A stretch of DNA of 63,047 nt from Oligoflexales bacterium (GTDB lineage Bacteria > Bdellovibrionota_B > Oligoflexia > Oligoflexales > CAIYRB01). This document shows, piece after piece, positions 47,717 through 55,956 of this stretch. The notes below the pieces were generated by a model. The model searched no databases, had not been told where the DNA came from, and saw only the letters and a program-made list of their open reading frames with translations. The stretch lies in assembly GCA_041736175.1 (NCBI GenBank), contig JBGSUI010000136.1:1-63047 (forward strand). Direction: 5' to 3'. The first letter of the stretch is position 1. Each line of letters opens with the position of its first letter. The position numbers were made by a program, and so were the translations under genes.

Positions 47717-49606
47717 ATGCGCCAAATAAGCCATCCTTCGGAAAGAGGGTTTTGGAAGCACATGGTCATGGTTACGATCGTAATCGTGATGGCGATGGGA
47801 AAAGGGGTCGCTCTGGCCCAGTCCAAGTTCAACCCCGACACCCCAGCAGCGGGGGGTTTTGATTCCCCAAAGCCCCAAGCCAATATTCGCCCCCAGGATG
47901 TGGTGACCTGGCAAGGTTTCGATGCCGTCGAAACCACCGCCGACCATGTCACCGCACTATTTCGCCTCACCCTTAATAACAGCTGGAAGATCTACGCATC
48001 CAACCTTAAGTTTGGCGGTCCTCCTGGCTTTTCTGTCTCCAAGGTGACCCCTCCTCCTGCCCGTCGGTTTTTAGATCCCATGTCTGGCCAAGAGGTCGAC
48101 GTTTATGAAGGTGGAGAGTTTGAAATCATTTACAGCGGCGCTCCCCGCTGGAATCAAAAAGCCTTTCCGGTCACCATCACCTATGTGGGATGCACCGATG
48201 TGATCTGCCTCTTCCCATACTCTCAAAACCTCGAATTACCATTTACCCCGATGGTGGCTCCGGCACCCACAGCCCCGTCCCAGGGCGATCCAAAAGTCAG
48301 TCCAGAGGCTAGCCCCCAGGGCGATAAAGCTCCCCAAGCACCAAAAGCCGCCGCCAATGACCTAGGAAGCCTGGAGTCCAGTCTGGCCCAAAGGCTGGCG
48401 TCGCCATCTTCTTTTGGACTCCTTCTGTTGATCGTTTTTGTGGGTGGCCTCCTATCTAACCTCACACCCTGTGTTTACCCGATGATCCCCATCACTCTGC
48501 GGGTCCTCGCCCGCCAAGGGGGGAACCCCCATCTCAACGCAGCGGCCTATGCCGGTGGTATCGTGATCACCTACACAGCTCTGGGTTTGATAGCATCCCT
48601 GTCGGGGGGTCTTTTTGGGAGTCTCTTGGCTAGCAAATCCCTAAATCTTGTCTTTGCAGCACTGATGTTAGGTCTTGGACTTACGATGATTGGTTTCGGC
48701 GATCTCAGCAAGATCCAAATGCTCGGCCAGAAACTGGGGTCAGGAAAGCCTTCCCTCCACAACACCTTTGCCATGGGAATCGGTGCCGGATTTGTCGCTG
48801 CACCCTGCACCGGGCCCATCTTAGCCGCCCTTTTAGCCTATACGGCGCGCCGGGAGTCCAGTGTCGCTGCCAGTTCTGTGTTGCTGTTGGTCTACAGCAT
48901 CGGCTTTGGGCTACCCTATATGGCCCTCGGGGGTGCAGCTTCCAAGGTGTCACGGATTAAACTAAACCCTATGATCCAAATAGGCGTGAAGATCCTCTTT
49001 GCGAGCGTTATGTTTGGCCTGGCACTGTACTACCTCCGGATCCCTTTATATGGGTTTATCGAATCCATGCGGGGATCTTGGCAGCCAATTGCTATCAGCT
49101 TCCTGGGCATTGGCGTCCTCGTACTTGGAGTGTGGCTCTCCTCCCCGGTCCTCTCTACAAACAAGTTGGCGACCATCTTACCGACAACGATTTTAGGGAT
49201 TGGGATCTTTGCGACCTCCCAATGGTTGACGACGGCCACCGCCTCGGTGGCTTGGCTTAAAGACGAAGGGGAGGCTTTTAGACTGGCACAAACCACAGGT
49301 AAACCTGTTTTGATTGACATGTGGGCCGAATGGTGCGAAGCCTGTAAAAAGATGGATGCCACTACTTTTAAAGACTCCCTTATCCTTGAAGAAGTAGAGC
49401 GTTACTGGATCCCCCTGAAACTTGACCTCACGGAGCTGGACGAAAAAAGCGAAAAAATCCAAAGCCACTACAACGTCCAAAGCCTACCGACTTTGGTGCT
49501 TTCGTCGCCCACCAAAGACCATACCCGGTACAAAAATTTGGGAGGTTTTGTGAGTGCGGGAGAACTTATCCAACATCTTGCTGAATATCGCGACCAACTG
49601 CGTTAG
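47717..49606 (+). CDS. dsbD: Thiol:disulfide interchange protein DsbD
   Basis: N-domain CTDVIC, TM domain LTPCVYPMIP and APCTGP, thioredoxin WAEWCEACK. Confidence 0.93.
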   Translation: MRQISHPSERGFWKHMVMVTIVIVMAMGKGVALAQSKFNPDTPAAGGFDSPKPQANIRPQDVVTWQGFDAVETTADHVTALFRLTLNNSWKIYASNLKFGGPPGFSVSKVTPPPARRFLDPMSGQEVDVYEGGEFEIIYSGAPRWNQKAFPVTITYVGCTDVICLFPYSQNLELPFTPMVAPAPTAPSQGDPKVSPEASPQGDKAPQAPKAAANDLGSLESSLAQRLASPSSFGLLLLIVFVGGLLSNLTPCVYPMIPITLRVLARQGGNPHLNAAAYAGGIVITYTALGLIASLSGGLFGSLLASKSLNLVFAALMLGLGLTMIGFGDLSKIQMLGQKLGSGKPSLHNTFAMGIGAGFVAAPCTGPILAALLAYTARRESSVAASSVLLLVYSIGFGLPYMALGGAASKVSRIKLNPMIQIGVKILFASVMFGLALYYLRIPLYGFIESMRGSWQPIAISFLGIGVLVLGVWLSSPVLSTNKLATILPTTILGIGIFATSQWLTTATASVAWLKDEGEAFRLAQTTGKPVLIDMWAEWCEACKKMDATTFKDSLILEEVERYWIPLKLDLTELDEKSEKIQSHYNVQSLPTLVLSSPTKDHTRYKNLGGFVSAGELIQHLAEYRDQLR

Positions 49607-49618
49607 GAGACCTAGGCC

Positions 49619-51196
49619 ATGCTACACCATCTTTTATTTGTGGCTTCTACACCGCAGATCGCGCGGATCAAAGATGCGGTGATCAGGCTCCACGGCGAAT
49701 CTCTGGTCTCTTCCCAAGCTTCGGCCCAGTCCCTGAGCAGTTCTTACGCCGAGGGGTTTCACCTTAAAAGCCACCTGCTAGAAAATCTAACTATCAACAT
49801 CCATCTCATCTCAGATTTGGATGCGGTGACACCCCACCTAAGGCGTTTTCCCGTCGACCTGTTGATCTATGACGAGCGGGATGGGGGGATCGAAGCCCGG
49901 GCCGCAATCCGCAAGATTCATGATGATGTCCTCGCCTTTGCAACCCTATGGGGACCAGACTTTATGTTTCCCATGTCCCGGGTGGTCGCCATCCTCGAAG
50001 ACGAAAAAAACGAAGGAGCTATGCGGGCCTTTGAATTAGGCCGCGTGCAGGTTCGGGATGTGCTTGTGGCCCCTAAAAGCGCTGCCCATGTGTTTCGCTG
50101 GCTAGGCAGGGTCCTCAACCACGGCGTGATCCGCCACGCCAAAGTCGGCATGGGTCTGTCCGGTGGCGGAATGGAAGGCTTTCTCTACCAATTAGGTGTC
50201 TTGCATGCCCTCCATAAGGGGATCCAAGGCCGGTCCTTGCGAACCATCGATACCTTTTCGGGGATTTCCAGTGGATCGATTTGTGCGGCTTTGCTCGCCA
50301 ATAATGTCCCGACCTCCGAGGTGATCCGTGCCATCCATGGGCAGTCAAAGACTCTTGCGCCCATGGAAGGGAGTTTGATGTTTGATGTGGCTGCTGCTTC
50401 CATTTCCAAAAGGGTTTTGCGAGAAACCTTTGGCTGGGCGGGGCTTGACCCGGCAAAATGGGCTAAAAAGTTGATGCAGTCGATACCGACAGGACTGTTT
50501 AAGGGCGAAGCTCTAAGGGATTACTTTCACCAATGCATCACGGCCTATGGAAACGACGACAGCTTTGACGCCCCCTCCTCTGAAGTCTTTATCGGAGCTA
50601 CCGACCAGGACACCTTCGAACACGTCACTTTTGGCAAACCCCCCTGGAACAATATCCCTATGAGTGCGGCTTTAAGAGCTTCCTGTGCTTTGCCGCCGTT
50701 TTTTACGCCGATTCAGATCAACGGTCGGTGTTTTATCGATGGCCAAGTCACTAAAACCGTCAACCTCGAACTCCTCGTCGACCGAGGGTGTCGCCTGATC
50801 TTTATCATCGATCCTCTGAAACCTCTAGGCACCCATATCCCTGGGTCCGTCGATCGCCGCGGCGGGGTGTACGCCATCATCCAAACCATCAAGGCTTTAG
50901 TGCATACCCGCTTTCAACAGACCCTTGCCCACCTTACGGAACGCTATCCCGATGTGGATTTTTTAGTGTTTCAGCCTGATGAAGAATGCGCCCACCTTAT
51001 GGCCGGCTCACCGATGCGATATAAGATCCGTACCCAGGTGATTACGGCTGCCTATCGTCACACCTTGAGACAATTAAGGGAGCGCAACGGTATCTATTCG
51101 GCAAAACTCCAAAGGTTTGGTTTTGAACTCCGACCACCCCACGAACTCTTGGACCTAGAACGGAGAGAAGGAGACGTCCTTGAAACGATTTCATAA
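49619..51196 (+). CDS. Patatin-like phospholipase with N-terminal receiver-like domain
   Basis: SGGGMEG, GISSG, ASCALPPFF, FIDGQ; N-terminal VDLLIYDE. Confidence 0.8.
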   Translation: MLHHLLFVASTPQIARIKDAVIRLHGESLVSSQASAQSLSSSYAEGFHLKSHLLENLTINIHLISDLDAVTPHLRRFPVDLLIYDERDGGIEARAAIRKIHDDVLAFATLWGPDFMFPMSRVVAILEDEKNEGAMRAFELGRVQVRDVLVAPKSAAHVFRWLGRVLNHGVIRHAKVGMGLSGGGMEGFLYQLGVLHALHKGIQGRSLRTIDTFSGISSGSICAALLANNVPTSEVIRAIHGQSKTLAPMEGSLMFDVAAASISKRVLRETFGWAGLDPAKWAKKLMQSIPTGLFKGEALRDYFHQCITAYGNDDSFDAPSSEVFIGATDQDTFEHVTFGKPPWNNIPMSAALRASCALPPFFTPIQINGRCFIDGQVTKTVNLELLVDRGCRLIFIIDPLKPLGTHIPGSVDRRGGVYAIIQTIKALVHTRFQQTLAHLTERYPDVDFLVFQPDEECAHLMAGSPMRYKIRTQVITAAYRHTLRQLRERNGIYSAKLQRFGFELRPPHELLDLERREGDVLETIS

Positions 51197-52124
51197 GACT
51201 TTAGATTGCCCACAACCCCAAAAAATCCCCAAAATCCTACGCCCCCTTATGGGAGCTGCCTTTTCTTTAACCCTTTTACTCCAGGAAATTCCAGCTCTCG
51301 CCTGTGCCTCCTGTGGCAGTGGAGGCGGAGATCCACTGATCCTCTACCCTAACGAAGACCTCAAGATTTTTAGCAGTTTTGGAATGCAAAAAATCACCCG
51401 CGAAGTCTCCACCGAGAGCAAACGGGGCGAGGTTTTTGGACCGGACACCAAATATCCCCTAGTCCTGTCCCTGGGAGCTAGACTCCATACTCGGAGTTTT
51501 GTAACGCTGACTTCTGGATACCAATTCAATGTAAAAAAAGACCGAAGTGGCCAAGGGGCCTTGGACCCTTCCCTTCTGGTGCGTTACACTGCGGTGTCCC
51601 AATCCTTTGATGAGCCATGGATTCCCCAGATCCAGGGGCTCCTGGGTTACAAACTTTCCACAGGACGATCGATCCACACCTCCCGCGACAAAGACCTGGT
51701 CGACATCACCAGCACAGGGTTTGACGAAGGTAAAATCGGCATTGATTTATGGCATGGAATGTTTGATGTCAAAGGTGGCCTCGCATTTTTGGGGATCTTG
51801 CCCCAACCCCGTACCGAAAGCGACGGCTCCAAAAACGAGGCAGGCCCGATCCAAAGATGGACCATCACGGGGGCCTACCAGCTCTCTGACGCTTTAAAAC
51901 TCACCGCCGGACTTAACCGACAGTCCTCTGGGAAACGTCGTTACGAAAACCAGTCGGTTGATAACTCAGAGACGCTCGATCATTCCGGTTTTTTAAATAT
52001 GGATTTTATGGGATATGACACCCAAACCGTTCGGCTTGGGGCCACGAAAACGGCGCTGCTTTCTGGTGATCGCCTCACCACGGAGGCTTATTCGTTAAGC
52101 CTGGCTTTTTTGTTTACACTATAA
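51180..52124 (+). CDS. Putative outer-membrane beta-barrel transporter with N-terminal CxxC
   Basis: Signal ending ALA-CASCG, G.LDP.L..RY, STG motifs, terminal LAFLFTL. Confidence 0.6.
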   Translation: MKRFHKTLDCPQPQKIPKILRPLMGAAFSLTLLLQEIPALACASCGSGGGDPLILYPNEDLKIFSSFGMQKITREVSTESKRGEVFGPDTKYPLVLSLGARLHTRSFVTLTSGYQFNVKKDRSGQGALDPSLLVRYTAVSQSFDEPWIPQIQGLLGYKLSTGRSIHTSRDKDLVDITSTGFDEGKIGIDLWHGMFDVKGGLAFLGILPQPRTESDGSKNEAGPIQRWTITGAYQLSDALKLTAGLNRQSSGKRRYENQSVDNSETLDHSGFLNMDFMGYDTQTVRLGATKTALLSGDRLTTEAYSLSLAFLFTL

Positions 52125-52215
52125 ATAGCCAAAAAAATATTTAGGTGTCAAAATTCTATACAGTTTAAACCCCCTCTATTCCTGCTTCGGCACGAAATGA
52201 TAGGGCGTTTTTATT

Positions 52216-52231
52216 TGGTACGACAATTGCT
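52216..52231 (+). promoter_or_regulatory. Sigma54 (-24/-12) promoter
   Basis: TGGTACGACAATTGCT, near-consensus TGGCAC-N5-TTGC, 55 nt upstream of ATG 52286. Confidence 0.75.
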
Positions 52232-52285
52232 CTGTGGCTCTCCGTAGACGATTTTGCCATATAACAATTGACGGAGAAATGCCCT

Positions 52286-54259
52286 ATGAAGTTTTTGTCC
52301 CCTTTTAAACTGAGCGACTTTGCTAAGACGTTATCGTTATTCCTAAGCATAAGTCTCGGGACCTCGACGGCAGTGACCGCCTGTAAATGGACCTCTGGTT
52401 CGCAAGAAAGCGCTGTCAACTCGATGGTCGCTCCAGGTGCTCTTGAATACACCATCACCGGGCGAGACTATATCAAACTCGACCCCGAATGGGCCAAAGC
52501 CAATCCTGATCCACAGAAAAGACGCCAAGAGGCAGAACGCCTCGCATCCTTGCGGCGGATGGCAGATGGGATTTTTCTAAACAATTACCTCAATGATAAA
52601 GAGGATGGAGACGGAAATTTTGGCTACGGCGGTTTCAACGCTGAGATTCGCTTTAGCAAGGATATCAACCCTAACCTTGAATTAGACAAAAAGGACCCTA
52701 CACAAACAAAATATTGGTTTGACTATAGCTTTGTAGTCGGCGGCTATGAGGGGCTCGTTGGGATGATTAAAAACGACGCCTACCAAAAAGACAAACAAAG
52801 CCTCGGGCCTAATCAGTTTGTCTATGCCTCAGCTGTCCTCGACAATGAGACCATGGCCCAGACCCGTCCAGGCAAAGAATGGTTCCGCAGTGACGATTGG
52901 GGTTTTTGGTCTCCAACCAACAACCCCGCAAAAGCGGTCGTCTACAATCTTACCGTCAATATTATCCCCAAACCTAAAGAGCCCGATGCCTATATCCCTG
53001 TGGACCAACTGGTGGTGACCGGAGCCGATGGTTCCATGAGTATTCCCATGGCGGTGCATTTTGGCTGGGATGGTGAAAGCCAAGGGGCTGACATCCCTAA
53101 AGGGGGTGTCCGGTATGATATCGAGCTAGCGCGGCGGCTGTTCAAAAAGTTGCAAAAGCTGGGCTTTAAGCCACCGACAGCACAGTTTGAGACCTACCAA
53201 CCCTTTGATCCTAAGACTCCTCCCTTTAAAAAGGTGATCCAATTCCGTGGTAAACCTTTGACTGTTGAGGTGTCCGTTTACACTGCCGGCCAAACCAAAG
53301 CCATGGAACCTGAAGATGATTCGAAACCAGCCTTTAGTCTAGTAACCACCCAAGTGACACCTTTTCAACCACTCCCTGGTCCCGACCCTGAGACCGCAGC
53401 GGGTGCAAAGGTAGCACGAGAACAGATGTTACACAGCCTTAAACACAAAAAAGTGATCATGTATTTAGGCCACTCAGGTCTTGGCATGGGCTTTAACTTT
53501 GGCGACTGGTTTGTCCCTGAAGTCGACGACAAAGGAACAGTCTTTGCTTCCGCACTTGCTAAAGCACCGCTGATGGATAGCTACCAGTTGGTCGTCGCCG
53601 ATGGCTGCCAGACCTATTACTTGGCCGAAAACTTTTTGCAAAACCCCACCAAACGCGACCCTACCAACTCCAGTCGCCTTCGTAACCTAAACCTGATCAC
53701 TTCCCTCGGCTTTACCGACGCCGACTCCACCCGAACCGTAACCCAGCTCCTTAAACTTTTAAGCCGCCAGGAACAAGGCCATTGGGTCGCGCCCCGTGTG
53801 TCTGACCTCCTTACCCGCTACAATCCAGACGGAGTCCCTTTTCAAAAATACATGAAAATAGGCGTTAAAAATGTGGCCGCTAACGATTCGGACGACGACG
53901 ATGATGACGATGACCCCCTCTTTCCTGTCTATGGCATGCATGGTGTCGAAGGCAATCCCCGCAGCAATCCACTCGCTGATCGGGACGCCTTTGGTAAAGC
54001 CTGTGTCAACGCGACTTACTGTGGAACCGGCGATGGCAACATCTGTCACTCCTTACAGGATCAAATCTTTAATGCTAATTCCCCTAAGGATTCCCTTAAA
54101 AAATCACCCGCTGGATCCTGCACCTTGCAATGCATCAATGACAGCGGCTGTGCAGGTCTACGGGGAGGCCAAGCGGTCTGTAGCCTACCTCCCCTCGCAA
54201 AAGGCGGAGCTGCGCAGCCAGGGATCTGTCTACCCAGATCCAAGGTCGAGGTCTACTGA
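52286..54259 (+). CDS. Large hypothetical lipoprotein with Asp run and Cys-rich C-terminal domain
   Basis: Lipobox VTAC, IMYLGHS, YQLVVADGCQTY, D7 run, eight-Cys tail. Confidence 0.75.
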   Translation: MKFLSPFKLSDFAKTLSLFLSISLGTSTAVTACKWTSGSQESAVNSMVAPGALEYTITGRDYIKLDPEWAKANPDPQKRRQEAERLASLRRMADGIFLNNYLNDKEDGDGNFGYGGFNAEIRFSKDINPNLELDKKDPTQTKYWFDYSFVVGGYEGLVGMIKNDAYQKDKQSLGPNQFVYASAVLDNETMAQTRPGKEWFRSDDWGFWSPTNNPAKAVVYNLTVNIIPKPKEPDAYIPVDQLVVTGADGSMSIPMAVHFGWDGESQGADIPKGGVRYDIELARRLFKKLQKLGFKPPTAQFETYQPFDPKTPPFKKVIQFRGKPLTVEVSVYTAGQTKAMEPEDDSKPAFSLVTTQVTPFQPLPGPDPETAAGAKVAREQMLHSLKHKKVIMYLGHSGLGMGFNFGDWFVPEVDDKGTVFASALAKAPLMDSYQLVVADGCQTYYLAENFLQNPTKRDPTNSSRLRNLNLITSLGFTDADSTRTVTQLLKLLSRQEQGHWVAPRVSDLLTRYNPDGVPFQKYMKIGVKNVAANDSDDDDDDDDPLFPVYGMHGVEGNPRSNPLADRDAFGKACVNATYCGTGDGNICHSLQDQIFNANSPKDSLKKSPAGSCTLQCINDSGCAGLRGGQAVCSLPPLAKGGAAQPGICLPRSKVEVY

Positions 54260-55059
54260 CCTCTTCCACCGCACCTAATACCCTCTAGGTCCACCCCGGA
54301 ATCTTCCATAAGCCAACAGATATCCGGGTGGACCAAACTCCAGGCGCCCCCCATACCGCAGTCTTCCCCATTGGAGGCGACCCCAAAAAGCCTGATTCCA
54401 CCGTCTTTCAGCCTTCCAAAGGCTGGACCACCGCTGTCACCATTGCAGGCGTCGATTCCTTTGCCGCCAATCGTCACCACGGTGTCGTCTACCGACGTGA
54501 TCCGAGTCTTAGCGTGGTATTTGTGCCCAAACTCTTTATTTTCCCGCAGTCCAAAGCCGACGATTTCGGTCGGTTGGTTGACCGCCACCAGGCTTGAAAT
54601 CTCGTCCTTAGCGGCCGCAACCGGAACATAAGCTGATTCTGGCAGATCCAGTGGATCTTTGACCACCACATAGCCAAGGTCATGATCGGTGCCTTCGTCT
54701 TCCACATCGTACCCTGGAGCTTGGCCGATGCGTTCCGCGGGATACTGGCCTTGGACTCCCCCGTCTGACGCTCCTTCACCCACATAGACTTTTAGTTTTT
54801 TAAGCTTAACTCCATCGAGACAGTGGGCAGCAGTCAAAACCAGGTGTGGAGTGAGGGCCGTGCCGCTGCAAAAAATCCCGCTCTTGTCGGTAAGAGCGAC
54901 GGTATTGATCCATTCATTGCGGGCCGTTTTAATCCCCCCATAGATCATGGGCTCACTGGAACTCTGGGATTCGCTGTTGCAAGCGACGGGCCCCAGTTGC
55001 AGCCCTACAAACATCACACTCCAAAAGCCCACGTGTTGAATCCGCCTCGATCGATTCAT
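54253..55059 (-). CDS. Secreted trypsin-like (S1) serine protease, probable lipoprotein
   Basis: IYGG, CSGT, LTAAHC, HDLG, DACNGDSGGP. Confidence 0.93.
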   Translation of the reverse strand: MNRSRRIQHVGFWSVMFVGLQLGPVACNSESQSSSEPMIYGGIKTARNEWINTVALTDKSGIFCSGTALTPHLVLTAAHCLDGVKLKKLKVYVGEGASDGGVQGQYPAERIGQAPGYDVEDEGTDHDLGYVVVKDPLDLPESAYVPVAAAKDEISSLVAVNQPTEIVGFGLRENKEFGHKYHAKTRITSVDDTVVTIGGKGIDACNGDSGGPAFGRLKDGGIRLFGVASNGEDCGMGGAWSLVHPDICWLMEDSGVDLEGIRCGGRGQ

Positions 55060-55161
55060 GAAACCTCCCTGATCATAATTGATACAGAAATATTACCATG
55101 AGGTTTCTGAATTGGAATCGGGGCGAGCCAGATTTTAACAATTTTCTTTTAAGTGATTTTT

Positions 55162-55821
55162 CTACACTCCAACAGGGGCATCAGCCTGCTGCTCAGGGGC
55201 TGCGCCAAAGCAATCTGGTAACATCATGCAAGTTTCGTAAATAGCAGCCACTCGCGGCATGGACTCAAGGGGAACCCCAAAGCGGTAGGCGCTGTAAACT
55301 TGGGGGATCAAGCATAGGTCAGCAAGGGTTAAGTCCGCCCCTAAGCTAAAGGGACCCTTCCACCCGGCCTCCTGGAGGTAACTTTCATAAACGGAAAGCC
55401 CACGGCTGATCCAGTGGTGAAGGGAGACTGCTCGTTGGCTTGCATCGGGGACAAACCATTCCAGGACAGCGGGATTTTGCAAGGGTTGGGTCCCGCTTGC
55501 AATCGTGAGACAGAGCTGTCTGACCCACAGTCTTTCTAAGGGGGTTTTAGGTAATAACGCCGGCGACGGCCAGCGCTCCTCTAGCCACTCTAAAATCGCC
55601 AGAGATTCCCCCGCGACCCTTTGCTGACCCCCTTCCTCGATGACCAGCGCCGGAATATACAGGGCAGGATTGATTTTTTGAAAATCTGGGAGCTGCTGCT
55701 CCTTTTTGAGCAGGTTGATGTATTTCGACTCATAGTCAAGACCTTTTATTTTGAGAGCCCATCGCACCCGCCAGGAACAAGAGGACCGCCAATAGTGATA
55801 AAGGGTGAATTTAGGTTGCAT
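55162..55821 (-). CDS. maiA: Maleylacetoacetate isomerase (GST zeta)
   Basis: LYHYWRSSCSWRVR, ESLAILEWLEE, QPLQN, ADLCLIPQVYSA.RF, AAPEQQAD. Confidence 0.92.
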   Translation of the reverse strand: MQPKFTLYHYWRSSCSWRVRWALKIKGLDYESKYINLLKKEQQLPDFQKINPALYIPALVIEEGGQQRVAGESLAILEWLEERWPSPALLPKTPLERLWVRQLCLTIASGTQPLQNPAVLEWFVPDASQRAVSLHHWISRGLSVYESYLQEAGWKGPFSLGADLTLADLCLIPQVYSAYRFGVPLESMPRVAAIYETCMMLPDCFGAAPEQQADAPVGV

Positions 55822-55956
55822 GATATTCTTTCCTAGACTTTATTGTCACATGTTATTCTCAGGTGTGTTGCCTGCCGCTCGGAAAAAACCTATGTATCTA
55901 CCTCCAAAACTCCATGGTCATCCATGGCAATCTCTAGATGATAAAGGACACACCTC

